From contig NC_042999.1 in NCBI RefSeq assembly GCF_006345805.1, positions 135,284,001 to 135,348,000 on the forward strand: a stretch of DNA of 64,000 nucleotides. The letters run 5' to 3'. Positions 12,785 through 27,197 of the stretch are shown piece by piece (positions within the stretch are counted from its first letter, which is position 1; every line of letters starts with the position of its first letter). Below the pieces are notes generated by a model. It was given only the letters and a program-made list of their open reading frames with translations, did no database searches and was not told where the DNA came from. The position numbers were made by a program, and so were the translations under genes. The stretch is from Octopus sinensis. Lineage: Eukaryota.

Positions 12785-13170
12785 TTTTATTCTTTTATTT
12801 GTTTCAGTCATTTGACTGCAGCCATGGTGGAGCACTGTCTTAAATGGTTTTAGTCGAAGAAATCGACCTTAGGACTTATTCTTTGTAAGCCCAGTACTAC
12901 TTGTATTGGTCTCTTTTGCCAAACTGCTAAGTTACAGAGACAAAAACGCACCAACATTGGCTATCAAGTGATGGTGGCGGGGGACAAACAGAGACACAAA
13001 GACACACACATAAATATATATATGATGGGCTTCTTTCAGTTTCCATCTACCAAATTCACTCACAAGGCTTTGGTTAGCCAGAGCTATAGTAGAAGACACT
13101 TGCCCAAGGTGGTATGCAATGAGACTGGACCTGGAACCATGTGGTTGGGAAGCAAACTTCTTACCACACA
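12785..13170 (-). mobile_element. tRNA-derived SINE, family B
   Basis: Colinear with 3215-3575. Confidence 0.75.
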
Positions 13171-13176
13171 TCATGT

Positions 13177-13227
<51 letters not shown>

Positions 13228-13230
<3 letters not shown>

Positions 13231-14454
13231 GGATTGGACAAAATAATGGAAACACCTAGCATCATAATTTTGAAATATCTATAAAACCGTAAAAAGCTTG
13301 TTTGTTTTTATGTTTTTTGATTTATTATTAGTGTTGCTTAATATGTTTTGCTAAATTGCTGTTTCTTTTCAGATACCATCGGAAAAAGGTAATTGAAATT
13401 CATTAAAATGACAGATCTATCGGACTTTCAAAGACGTCAAATTGTTGGTGCTTGTGTGGCAGGTGTTAGCGTAATGAAAACAGCTGAAATGTTTGGTGTA
13501 TCACAAAGTACTGTCTTGAAAGTAATGACAGACTTTGAGAAAGAGGGAAAAACCGCATCGTCGAAACAAAACTCTGGACGAAAACCAAAACTTTCAGATA
13601 GGGACTGTTGTACTCTTATGCAAATTGTTAGAAAGGATCACCAAAGTACAGCTCCCAAAATTACTGTAGAGCTTAATGACCACCTCAAGAACCCAGTTTC
13701 CACAAAAACTGTTCAACGGGAGCTGCACAAAGCTAGATTTCAAGGGAGGGCTGCAATCAAAAAACCATTACTTTCAAAAACAAATGTTGCAAAGTGTTTA
13801 GGGTAGAGTAAAAACCTACAAAATTGGTCCCTAGAGCAGTGGAAGGATGTTATTTTTTTGGCTGAGTCATCCTTTGCTTTATTTCCAACCACCGGCTGAG
13901 TATACATGTGGAGACAGCCAAAAAAAGCATTTGACCCAGACTGCCTTCTTCCAACTGTTAAACATGGAGGACCTGTAATGATCTGGGGTGCTATATCTTG
14001 GAATTCCGCCGGCCCAATGGTTTCCCTTCATGGCAGAATAGTCATCATCCTATGGTTGCAGAACTGTTCCCAGAGGGTAATGCAATCTTTCAGGATGATA
14101 ATGCACCAGTTCACACAGCTGAGGTTGCTACTGAATGGCACAAGGAACATTCTAGTGAAGATGAACATCTTATCTGGCCACCACAGTTCCCAGATCTCAA
14201 TATTATTGAACATTTATTGTGCATTTTAGAAAAATAAGTAAGGAGCCGATATCCTCCACTAGCATCACTACAAGAACTAGAGACTGTTTTAGCAGAAGAA
14301 TGGACAAAAATTCCTTTGGAAACAATTCAAACTTTGTATGAGTCCATATTTCATAGAATTCAAGCTGTAATTATTGCCGAAGGCAGTCCTACCCCATATT
14401 AAAATAAATTTGTTTGAAATTTTAAAGTGTTTCTATTACTTTGTTCAACCCTTG
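13228..14454 (+). mobile_element. Tc1-like transposon, 1227 bp, DD36E spacing, defective
   Basis: 28-bp TIRs (CAGGGATTGGACAAAATAATGGAAACAC, 5 transition mismatches) flanked by TA. ORF from ATG 13408 (MTDLSDFQRRQIVG..., SGRKPKLS, GRAAIKKPLL) to ...PTPY*, with two internal stops upstream of the DDE core, a further stop after LEK and a frameshifting deletion near 14040. Confidence 0.93.
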
Positions 14455-14478
14455 TATGTGTATGTATGTATGTATGTG

Positions 14479-14538
<60 letters not shown>

Positions 14539-15215
14539 TACATGCATTACACAGAAATTTCCATGAAAAACTACAAATGTGCTTTGTTTTGGCTGAAACC
14601 TAGATTAGTTTAAAAAGTCATGTTCAGATGACCAATTTCCCTGAAAAGCGATTATATATAATCATTGAACTCTTTGTTGTAGTTCATTAAAACGTTCTTA
14701 ACAATTCAAGCTTTACTTTCTCTGGCCTCTTTCAACTGTTCATGGTTAACTCCTATTACCAGCCATTAAATATCATAATAGCACAAAAGATTCTAATTTT
14801 CTCTTACAATTAACTTTGGGGACAGGCTACCATATTGTCCAACTTACTTTGATAAACCATCATCATATTTTAGTGTGTAGGAGACACCTTTACTCTAACC
14901 ACAAGCTGTTTCTTAAAATCAAGTTAGAATTATTCTCCTCAGTGTACTATCTATAGAATCCAAGCCATACTAACATTTCCTGGAGTGCAAAATCTCCTAA
15001 GTGATGCTAACATTCTCAAAGAGATATAGCACATACCCTTGTCAGATAGGTGAACTAAAATAATGTAAAATAAATTGTCCTACAGAGAAATGCAATACAA
15101 ATAACAGATTTGAACTCCTGGTGCAGACATGGGTGAGTGAATATGGCATTTACTTCATAACTACTGGTTTAGGGGCTCCAACCTACTGCATATCATCTTA
15201 AGAAAGTTTCATCTA

Positions 15216-16470
15216 TTGGGTCATCCCATAAATAATGTGGATTTCTTTTTATGTTTCTTTTATTTTTCAAAATTAAGATAAAGTTCTTTTTTAATCTAAA
15301 ATATACTCTCCTTCACTTTCTACACTGCACTCCTGTCTATCTGGTAGCCTTGCAAGGCCCCTCTTCTAAAATTCATTTGTCTGTGATGAAAAATACTCCT
15401 CCAGTACTGTTCTGACTTTGTCTACAGAATTCATATTTTTTCTGTCCAAATGATTTTGAAGACGCCGGAATAAATGATAACCAGATGGGGCAATGTCTGA
15501 TGAATATGGTGGGTGGGGCATCATTTCAAACTGTCCAGCCTTTTAAATGTCATCTTTGCAATATGTGGCCGAACATTACCCTAAAAGAAGAATATCTTTC
15601 ATCTTGAAACCAAAGATGGTCGTTTTTCTTTTAGCGCTGACTTGAGCCGTTCAAGTTGGTCGCAGTAGATCTTTGTTATTGTTTGGTTTGGGTTTAAAAG
15701 TTCAAAGTGGACTAAATCTTTTATATCCAACCAAACAGATAACACCTTACATGGGCGAAGACCTTTAGCCTAGAGTGCCAGTGTTTCTCTTTTCCCTACC
15801 CATTGTTTTTGGTGCTTGACATTTTTATAGAGAACCCATTTCTTGTCACCAGTCACTATTTAATCCAAAAAAGGTTCAATCATGAGACATGACAGCAAAG
15901 AAGGGCACACATTCACCCTCTGTGTGTGATTAGACTCAGAAAGTTTGTGAGGAACCCATTTATCCAATTTGCTGACTTTTCTGTTGGCATGCAGGTGCCA
16001 ATGAATGGTTGAATGACCAAATCCAAGCTTCTCTGCTAGTTCCTCAACAGTTACGATGGGGCTTTGTTCCATCAGGGTTTGCAGGATGTCCTTGTCAATC
16101 TCTACAGATCTTCCAAGATGAGGCTCGTCTTCTAGGCTGTAATTTCTGGAACCATTGTTGACATGTGTTTATGCTTATTGTGCAATCCCTATAAACTGCA
16201 TTAATATTCCTCACACTTTCCATTGTGTAGTTGCCTTTATTGAACTCATAAAGCGAAATATACTGAATATGCTGCTTTGTCACTTCCATTATAGCTTTGA
16301 AAAAATAACTTAAAATCGAACTGCACTCTTCAAAGCTTACACTAAGGACAAGCACAAGGTAAAATTACTACCTACTTTTATAGTAAGTTGATGCAGGTAG
16401 TTTATCCTGTCTCCCTGTGACTTTTAGTTTATGCAATTGAAAAACCTGCATTAGTTATGGGATGACCAAA
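15216..16470 (-). mobile_element. Near full-length mariner (1255 bp), defective
   Basis: TA-TTGGGTCATCCCATAAATAATG ... TTATGGGATGACCAAA-TA. Minus-strand MEVTKQHIQYISLYEFNKG, WVPHKLS and IVTGD fragments. Same family as 593-1529. Confidence 0.93.
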
Positions 16471-19400
16471 TACTATAGCATTGGGCTGACCAATACCTTG
16501 TAAAGTAAATCAGTATACAAAAACAGTATGGAACTCTGTGTATATCTGTGTACATTGGACACACACACACAGTGCAGTGCATAAATGTCGACATTTCTGC
16601 ACCTTTGCAGAAATCAGTAAAATCAGTGATGTCATGTTTACATTCCCTGCAAACAATGCATCCTGTAGCTCTGTGCTTTTGAAGTCAAGTGGAATAAAAA
16701 AAAATCCCTTACTTGAAGAACAGGTGTGATTTGTGACAAGAAAGACTCCTAAATAAAATACTACCTCAAATAAGTATCTATCAAACTCTTGCCAACATGG
16801 AAGAAAAATGGACATAAAACAAATATGTGGGTATTATTGGCCTCCTGGCTTTACTTTAGTGTTTTGAGGACAAATAAGTATAAAATATTAAGGATATTCA
16901 ACAAACTAGATAATCCTAAATTAGTATGAATGTGTTTAATCAGGAATTAATTTGTTAACCCAATCCCTAAGTTTTTTTGGGGAGGGGGTGGAGAGAGTGA
17001 ATCACCCTGTTGAAGAAATTTACACATCAGGATTCAAATAGTACTGTTAAGTTAACTATGGCCAACTCACTGAATCTGTCTAAAGTGGTGGTCACTTTGT
17101 TTTATTTCCAGATCAACCCTACCTGGCAAAACTATGATCAAAAGACATTCTCAGTGATCAGCTTTCTCCACAAACATAGTGCCCTAAGACTACTTTATCA
17201 AAATCATTGTTTGTTTTTTTTTAAAGTGGTAAAGTTTGAATTATATTTCTAGCAGATCATTTAGGTCAAGCAACTGGCAGCACTAGGGGGCATGATTGTA
17301 TAAGATTTGAGTAGATAAAACATAAGAGTCATCAATGTGTATAGTTAAGTACTGTTGAATATGAAAAACTAACATTACAAGCAGTTTTAAATGGAGAATG
17401 TTTGATAAAAAAGATTACTATAATCTAGTCTAACAATTTCATTGTACTATAATTTTGAGAGGCCCCACACTGGGAGTCCGCAGAGATAATAGTGTGTCAG
17501 ATTAGATGTTTTGTAGAAGGCATAGCTGAGAAATTTTACCTTGTAATTAATGATATAAAAAAGATAAAAGTATTCTGAAACAGTGATACAAAAAAAATTG
17601 AAATATAAGAGGCTAAATCTGAAGTCATTCTCATTGTATCTATGCAGAAGATAAAACAGTGGGATTTAAGAATGTTGGGTATTTTGTATGTATACCTAAG
17701 GTTTTTGGAATATCGTAACCAAGAAGCTTAAAAGAAATATTTGTTTCAGTTCTTTGTTTCACATTGTTTTTTTTTTACTTCTTTATCACACCCACACTCA
17801 TGCACAGACATATAGCTATATTTACAATTTAATCTGTTATTTATTTTACATAAATATTTTGCAGAAGAGAAACTAAAAGAATGTCACAACAAAATATTTT
17901 AAATCTTGGCCCTCTAACAAATTATAATAGTTTATACATTTGATATGAAATGAAACAAAATGTTGGTGGCAGCTGCAGTTAAAATGTGTATTCTTCATGA
18001 ATAATCTAAATACAGATTGATCTGTAATCTCTAAGGATAGTGAGAGAAGGCAGAAATTCTAATTATACTATTATCCTTATGTGACCCACATAACTTCTAT
18101 TTATAAAAGCATCTGTGTTAAAAGAAATATAACATGAATATAGTAACATTAATTAGAGAAATATATTACATTTTTCAACACCAATGACTATTTTAATTCA
18201 TCAGCAAGTAAATTTAATTTTAAAATAATGATGAAAGAGAAGAGTAGTAGTAGGAGACAAGGAGAGATAAGAAAATGCAGGGTGATTGAGGAGTCTAAAT
18301 CCATACTTCAACTTGTGTAGCTTCCCTTATACAAGTTCAGTCTTAATCTTTAGCAGGTATTCAACAAAAGTACCTATTGAAGATTAGTTACTTCCCCATA
18401 AGGTGGTGGAGTTGTCTGTATGCAACCTTAGGCATAAGTTTGAAGACCTATTTTACATACACATACTATCAGTATTAATAGACCACTTGTGTCTTCAAAT
18501 ACACACAATTACATCTAATTGTATGTACTCTAAGGTTTATTACTCTTAACATATTTTCTATTCATAGCTACTCTTAATTCTAGATTCACTGCTCCAATGA
18601 ATTTTAATGTTTAAATGATTTCTTATATAGGGGTGAAGCCAGAAATTTTAAGGGAAAGTGGAATGGGGGACCAATTGATTAATTTTGACTGGTGCATTAT
18701 TTTATCAATTCAGAAATGATAAAAGGCATAGTTGACCTCTAAAGGATTTGAATTCAAAATGTAGAAATGAAAGAAATAATACCACAAGGCATTTTATCTA
18801 ACACTCAGTTCTGCTGATCACCCATTTTCATATTTAAATATAAAAAAAGTTGCTTCCAACTTGTTTTTTTTTTTTAAAGTTCATCAGGTTGATCTTTTCA
18901 ATAACTGCAACAAAAACCTCCATGTTGCAGACCCTTCTAAACAAAAAATATGTTGGGCTGATAATCATGATAGTGTAGGTTTGATTCTTGAACTGGTTAG
19001 CACATTATCCTTGAGTAAGGCATTTCATTCAACTTTGCTCTAGTTTACTCAGCTGAAAACAAATACCACTTGAGTGTTAATTCAGCCCTTTACCTGTCTC
19101 CAGTAGTCACATCCTGGATGTTTCACTGAATGAAGAATAGAAGGACTAAGGGGAGTGTCATTATATCTGCTCACAATTCTAGAGTTTCTTAAAACAGTTA
19201 GTGAAAGCTTGTTACGTGAAGTCATACTCATAAGTGACAGCTGGGACTATACACAATTTAAATTTCACACTGATTGATTTTTCATCAGTCAACATGATAT
19301 TTCTCAGTTTTAAATAATTGTAATACATATTTTTCACTAAATTACATAGGATTTCAATCCTACCAACATTAGAAAATGGTTTATCAATAAAATCTTTTAA

Positions 19401-20140
19401 AAATATATTCCTATTTTCTATAATATGATAACCAACATCAGAAATGCTATTACTTTAAATACCATTATAACTTAAAAGTTCAGAGTTGATCTTGTAATTC
19501 CATGGTAATGTGGGGGGAGAATTTTTTTTATTGTTTTAGAATGTAAATGAAAGTATATTTGATTCTGGTCAACAAATGATTAATTCTAGTTATAATAGAA
19601 ATTGGAGATTTCCTTAATATATTTATATAAAATTGCAAATGTTCAAAGCTGCCTGTGAGCTGCAAGGAAAATATTGTCCAGTAGAATAAAAAATTGTAAT
19701 AACACAAAAACAAAAATGACATCCAACAGTTGTTACATCACTGGATTAACAGTAAGCCAAAAATAGTCTTCTCAGTAATTAACATGAACTACTCAATCAA
19801 GGGGCAAGCAAAATTCTTGGACACAAGAAACACTGACCATTTGTTTATGGAAAATGACAACATCTGATTTTGTAAATCTGTATGTACTGATTTCATAGCT
19901 GCAGCATAGTCATATAGTTAAAAGTTCATTTTGCAATCACAAGATCCTGTATTTAACTCCACTGAGGGACATCTTGAGCAAGTGTCATCTATTGTAATCC
20001 CTGGTCAACCCAAGTCTTATGAATGAAATTGGGTTGAAGAAAACAGTGTGGAAGTTTGATGGATGGGTTGTACATGTAATTCAAAAGTCTAGCCTTGTTA
20101 CACACAGTATCGTGCTGATTCTGCCTAAGAATTACATTAA

Positions 20141-20350
20141 CCCTTAAGTATTCAGATTACTCTAACAAATGTAATACTTATTTATTCACATAAAAAAAAA
20201 ATAATCATGCATTATCTCATAGCTTTGAGATATTGATGATATGTTTGTTTATTTTTAGAATGACATTGTAGGGTAGGTGTGAGAAGCTAGCTCTGGTTGG
20301 TTTGAACATAAAACAGAGAATCTTTGGGCTGGATTTGGGTGGCTTAAATA
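20141..20350. mobile_element. piggyBac-type MITE, inverted relative to 10819
   Basis: TTAA-cccttaagtattcagattactc...; shares taatcatgcattatctcatagctttgaga. Confidence 0.7.
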
Positions 20351-21669
20351 TAGACATATCTAGAATGCACAGCCATTTATATGCTAACTGGATGAGCAGG
20401 TAAGTTCTTTTGATGATGGACATCATTTTCACTTTATAAAATCAGTTTACTGGAGATGTAACAGCTTCAGCACTGATGTTCCTGTACTACTTGACTAATA
20501 GGAACATTTCTCCAACAGTAAACTAAACATGACTCTTATGAAAAGCTCAACCTTAACTGAATGGATTTAGTCTACAATAAACAAAGTCTTGATCTTTCAT
20601 CAAGCTATTTTTTTCATTAAGGACTATTATCCCAGCCCCCATCAGTTATTCCTCATTCTGCTGACCTCCCACCACATTTCAGTATATGTGTCCCTATCCT
20701 TAACCCTACTGGAACCATGACAACACATTCGGACCATTTTGACATTTTCATTTTGGTTGGGGAACATGCAGCTCCTCCTCAATTTTAATACCACCAGCTG
20801 ATCTTTAGCTGACTTTAATGAAATTTCACTGTTACAAACATTGATATGGATGTAAATGTTTGAGCTAAGTGTCAGAGACATCAATCTCTTCAAACTCAGA
20901 GTACTTGCAAAGCTCATGGACAATGCCTCTTTCATACAAAAACAGAAATAAATAAATAAAATAAAAAATGTAAAATGATTGAGAGATTGAATATTGATTT
21001 CACATTTTGACAAGGCCAGCAAGCTTGGGGTGAGGGTGCAAGTCAATCACATCAACCCCAATACTCAACTGGTACTTGAAGAATTAAGAAATGTTTCAAA
21101 TTTGAATCACAATACACTCACTGTTCTACAGATAATAGTTCTCAGACTGAAAATGGGTCTAGTATTTTCAATCACTGCGTTCTTTTTCATTTCTTTTTCT
21201 ATTGTTTAGCCACAAGGGAAAGGCAGTGCCTGGGACCCTTTATAAGGACTCCAAAACTGGTGTCCTGGAAACCTTATTTCAATGCTTACAACAGAATGGA
21301 TTCCTCTAAAGGCACCAAGAGGCTAGGTGGCAATAACAAATTGGTTTATAATCTATCATCTAATAAGAAATAACTTGGCAATTGTTACTACATTATATGC
21401 TCTTAACAATGACAAAGATCCACCACCTCTGCTTGTACCTACTCATTTACCCCTCTAAAACAAAAATGGTAGAAAAGACACAAGTGAAAGATACATTGTA
21501 TGTTAATCTTAGAAGCAGATTTTGAAAATCAAATCTATTTCAGAGCCTTTCGGTGATATACGCACATACATACACTCATTTATATAGTGGATATAACTCT
21601 TAACTAATTTCAGCTTAAGAGCTATGACCATGCTGGAGCACTGCTATTAGCTTTGATACACCTTCACTA

Positions 21670-22630
21670 CTTGAAACCTCTGATATGTGGCAATTGGTGA
21701 AAGAAGTTTGATGTTGCTGCCATCATCTGCATTTCCTGCTGTGAGACAGGATCATCCAGAACACTTGACAAAAGGAGATACAGTTTTGTTTTGAAGACAC
21801 CCACATCTACCCTGTGCAAGTCTCTCAGTTATTTTGGGAAGACATACAAGAGCTGTGGGTCTTTGAAACCCAAGCTGTTACAGTATCTAGGAAGTAGTAT
21901 TAACTTTTTCAGCCTTTCCCAGTAGCTGACATGTTGCATTGAGATGATCTTTGTGTAGCTTTGTTGGATTGCTTTGAGTTCCACCTTTAATTTTACACTG
22001 TGTGGTGACCATAGTTGGGGGCAGTAGTCTAAACAGCTGAGGACATATGTTCTCCAGAGAACCATCATGGTTTCCTGTTCTCTCGTTCTGAAAGTTCTAA
22101 GGATCTATCTGGCCAGCTGTCTGCATTTTATTGCCAACTTAGTAATATACACCTGGAAGGATGCATCATTACTCATGTCAATGCCCAGGTAATACACTGA
22201 TTTTGATTCAGAGATTGCAATCTCTCCTGGGCCAGTGTATCCCGTCTGGATTTCATTTAGTGTGCTGGTAGCAGAGTTTGAATTTTTCCAGCATTAAACT
22301 GCTTGTTATATACCTCAACTAACTGGTATATTACTTCCAACTCCTGTTGCAGGTGCAGAATATCTCCATGGTTCTGTATCTTCTGCAAAGCTAGAAAAGG
22401 TAGCTAGCTGAGCAGCTGAAGGCATGACAGAGAAGGCCACTATGAATAACAGTAGCCCTGTGAGGGCCCTGTGGATCCAGTGGCCATCACTATCTGACTT
22501 CTATCTTTTAAAAAGCCATGTAGTCACTCTCCAAGTTTTCTGACTCTACCAAAATCATGCCACTTGTGACCTATCATACCATGGTCAACTTTATCAAGGA
22601 TTTTACAAAGTCAAAATATATCCATGTTGC
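21670..22630 (-). mobile_element. Decayed CR1/L2-group LINE, RT C-terminal part
   Basis: MMVLWRTYVLSCLDYCPQLWSP...YWERLKKL; colinear with 30750-31550. Confidence 0.82.
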
Positions 22631-23581
22631 TACTAATGTAACTAAGAATATACTAGGCTTCTAAGAACTGTATGGAGTTTGTTAAGGTCATAGTTGTAAA
22701 GGATTGTGGTTCATTTTTAATTTATTAGTCTTTTTTTATCAACTACCAAATCTAAGGCTAGAGGACTGTCTGTTTAGAATGGAGGGTAGGAGTGAGTTGA
22801 CAGTTTACACTTGGGTATGGTCATAAATATTGTCAGGATTTTAGGATATATATATATAAATAACTGTCTATAAAGGAGGGTGGGTAGGGGAAGACCCCAA
22901 ATTAAGATGTTAACTACCAGTTAAAGGGGCAAGATGCTAATAAAACCTATGATGTTAATACAGAGGAAATTATCATGGGGTACTATGGATGATTGTATAT
23001 AAACAATATTGTTATGTTGTATAAAGATAAAATTTAAGATTACTAAAAATGATATTATAACCAGAATAAATAAAATGCATATATATACCAATTTTCAACA
23101 TTAGAAAGGGAAGATTACATAGAATTAGTTTAATATTTATTCCTGTACTTAATTGTTTACTTATTAGGTGGTTTCTATAAAGATTGCTCTGGGTATTTAC
23201 TTATGGAATACTGGGGCAATAAATCATGCTATCTTTTTATATTAATTATAAGCTGAGAATCAAATAAAAATCAGAAAAAATAAGGTGTGCACAGATACAT
23301 ACACATATTTAACTATGAGCAAACATGCAAATATACACAAATATTTGTACTTTATTATGGGTATGTTATAATCAACTCTCATAGACTTAAGTAACTAGAA
23401 AGTTTATGTCTCTAAGAACATTAATAACTTATAAGAGACAAGAGGTAAAGGTATCAAAATAAAAAATTATAGAGAATAGTAAGATACAATTTATAACTTA
23501 TATATAATACTAGGGGGTAAATTCACATCAGATATGACACTAAAAATTAATTTCCCATATCCAGGTTCAAGTGTAGCACCT

Positions 23582-24450
23582 TTAAACGCTAATTTCGAAA
23601 ATATGACTATGTATGCATGATACCCTTAGGTCTAATCTATTGTTAATCAGATTGCTCTTGTCCCTATACTTAAAAATTTCATAAGTTTCCATAGAGCACA
23701 GCTCGCACCCATATTGATAATCTGTATAAGGCTATGCTTTCCTTATAATATCCCATTTAAGGCAAAATTCGATTCCATTTTCCTTCAGTTCCCAAAGTTT
23801 GCTAGATAAGGACATACAATTGGCCTTATGTTTGAGCCTAAAAAATGAAAAATGGTTATTAATATGTTTTTTCATATTTATTGAACATCCTATATACACA
23901 AAGTTACCAGGTACAGTTGTGATTGTACACTTATAGATTATGTTTTGGATTAGACATCAGCCTAATAACAGACAGTGGGATTTAACTCTATAATTGCAAC
24001 TAGAAGAATTACTATTATTAATATTATTGATATCTATACCATTATTATTATTAATATTACTATTAATATTAATCCTACTACTACTATTGTATGTGTTATT
24101 TTCACATCTGGCATTATCACTCCATCCTTCAATTGTAGTGTCATTCACGTTCATTCCAGCATCATCAGACATATCAGTAATCCCTGTGCTAGTATAGAGC
24201 TCAGAACTACAGTCTATGTTGTATATATTAGAAGCATTATTACCGCTGTTTCTATTTTCAGTGTCACCATTATTATTAATCACATTGTACGGGTTTAAGT
24301 TAGTGTTGACAGTAACATTATTATTATTATCAGGTCGAGATAATTTAATATTCTTTCTATTTAACCATGCTATGATAGTACCTATATTGGGGAGAGTAGA
24401 ATATGAGATTCTAATTGTCTTATGGGAAAATTCTATTCATTTATGCAGCT
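23582..24450 (-). mobile_element. Penelope-like element remnant: RT C-terminal tail, Asn-rich linker, GIY-YIG endonuclease
   Basis: One frame reads KTIRISYSTLPNIGTIIAWLNRK-(N-rich)-CNYRVKSHCLLLG*CLIQNIIYKCTITT..FVYIGCS..MKKHINNH...LSSKLWELK...W.II...CELCSME...LINNR...SCIH, with 2 internal stops and terminal TAA at 23582. Confidence 0.85.
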
Positions 24451-24596
24451 GAGGATAGCCCCGTGTTTAAATTGATGTAATGATTACCCTGTTCAAGTAA
24501 ACGGAGCCACTTGAAACGGTTGTACTGCATCACCTCTTGATATCCTGTTGCTCATTTTGATAATACATATACACATAAATACATATATACACATAC

Positions 24597-24660
<64 letters not shown>

Positions 24661-24887
24661 CACATATACATAAGTACACAGATACATATGTACACACATG
24701 CATATGTACACACATGCATACATACACACGTGCATACATACATATGCATACATACAGAGATAGGTACACACATACATACACGCATATATATGTACACAGA
24801 CTTGTACATGAATGCATACATAACAGACACATAGACATATGCATACGTACACAGACACGTATAAGTATGTATAGATACACACATATA

Positions 24888-25095
24888 CAGGGTGTCTCAG
24901 AAGTCACGCACCACCCTGGTTTTTTAAAAGAATATATCCTTACTGATTTCAAAAACACGTTATTGAAATTAATCATAACAAATGCTCAAATTGAGCACCC
25001 TCTACAATAAAACATACTGAAAAAATATAATAAAATAAAATGCTTTAATTATTTAAAATGAAAACCAGAAAGGTGCACGACTTCTGGGACACCTG
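24888..25095. mobile_element. Tc1/mariner-type MITE (208 bp) in a microsatellite
   Basis: TA-CAGGGTGTCTCAGAAGTCACGCACC ... GGTGCACGACTTCTGGGACACCTG-TA. Confidence 0.85.
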
Positions 25096-25523
25096 TATAT
25101 ACATACATATATATATATACATACACACACATATATACACATACATATATATATACATACACATACATATATATACATACACAAACATATATATACATAC
25201 ACACACATCCATACATATATACACACATAATTATACGCATACATATACATAGATATATACACACACATACATATATATATATATACATACATATACGCAT
25301 ACATATACATACATATATATATATACATACATACATAAATACATATATTTACATACATACATATACATACATACATATACATACATATATACATAAACAT
25401 ACATACATAAATCTTTTGTTAAATATATTCAAAGAGAATATTATATACTGAATTTATATTGAGTGCTCTATTGTATCAAAGTATTAAAGTATTTATATAT
25501 TTAATACGAGCAATTATATATAT

Positions 25524-26361
25524 ATATTATTATTATTAATATTAGGAAATCAATATCGAAACTCCTCAGAAAGATATACACATGTGAAAATAATTGTTGT
25601 ATTAAAAATATATGTAAATATGTATAAGTATAAATATATAATGTATATGACAGTTTAAAAGTTTTGAATTAATTATTTAAAGCATCTTACGCTCGTTTTA
25701 CAGAAGAGTTGTCCCTATAATGAAACCCTATATTGATAAGCATTTATAGACAACGCTTCTGCTCTTCAGAGATATAAAATTTGAATTCTGTATAATATAT
25801 CGAATGGTAGTTTTTTTTTCTTTTTAAATTTGAAGTAAAACTATCAAATGGTGTTTGTTTGAAAGATAAAAGATAAATCAAATATTACTGCTTTTGATGA
25901 GAGTCTTTAAATCCATTCCTTGGTTATTCTTCTGCAATAATCCATAATATTCATATGTAAAATCCTTTATATTATCTTGTATTCCAAATATAGTTCATAT
26001 ATATAACTATATATGGATTTAAAGACTCTCATCAAAAGCAGTAATTTTTAATTTTAATTTATCTTTCAAACAAACACCATTTTATATCTCAGAAGAGCAG
26101 AAGCGTTGTCTATAAATGCTTATCAATATAGGATTTCATCATAGGGACAACTCTTCTGTGAAACAATCGTAAAATGCTTTAAATATTTAATTCAAAACTT
26201 TTAAACTGCCATATACACTATATATTTATACTTATACATATTTACATATATTTTTATACCTATTTATATATCTATATATTTTTAATACAACAATTATTTT
26301 CACACGTGTATATCTTTCTGAGGAGTTTTGATATTGATTTCCTAATATTAATAATAATATA
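25524..26361. mobile_element. Fold-back element with about 350-390 bp inverted arms and a 96-bp loop
   Basis: 25524-25916 is the reverse complement of 26013-26361. The left arm has an extra about 70 bp; inner block attactgcttttgatgagagtctttaaatccat matches perfectly. Confidence 0.85.
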
Positions 26362-27152
26362 CATACACACATACAAACATATACATATATACATACATAT
26401 GCACACACACACTTATCAAACATCATGAATTTGTCCATTGTCACTTTAACTTCTGATGAAATAACTTTTAAAATACAAAATTTTGTCAAAAATGTTAAGA
26501 GTAAAGCTTGTTGTATGTGACACATGGTACCAGTATTGGAAGTTTCAAAGTGTCTAGTTAAAAAAATTAATTAAATAATCTATATGTCAAATTGAATAGA
26601 TCTGAAATGGATAAAAAGCAAAGTCGACCTTAGTGGAATTTGAGTTCAAAACATAAACACAGGCAAAATAACATTGAGCATTTCGCCTGGTGCGCTAATG
26701 TTTCTGCCAGCTCGCCGCCTCAGAATGTAAACATTCATTTTAGCAATATATTCTTTAATATTCTTATTGTTAAGTGTTACTCCCTTACATGAAATTTCGT
26801 AGTATTTCAACCCATAACTTTTATTCTACTAATTTTTGTTCAATGAGACTAATGACTCTGAATTCCTCATACACTTAAAGCCTAAGAAAAGTATACTTTT
26901 ATTTTAAAATTAAAAAGTTTATGTTCATTGAAGGTGAATAGGTGCCTTATTGCGCCCCTTGTGGTCGCAGATATTTTTATGTAACTTTTCTTCTACTGAA
27001 TAAATCTCAAACTATTTGTGCCAGTGTAGCTGAGCACGTGTCCTCTTTAAAACTGTTAACAGCTTGCAATTTAGTTGAGAATTGAATTAGTGGTGAAGCT
27101 TGGAAGCTGCTGTGATTAAGAATATATTCAACTACTATGGTGGTTGAATGAT

Positions 27153-27197
<45 letters not shown>

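Noticed and set aside
20642-21046. 134-aa minus-strand ORF
   Set aside because: No recognisable motif; begins inside a SINE remnant.
22800-23580. Hammerhead ribozyme expected in a Penelope pseudo-LTR
   Set aside because: No CTGANGA...GAAA core found by eye; only CTGATGT without a stem II/GAAA.
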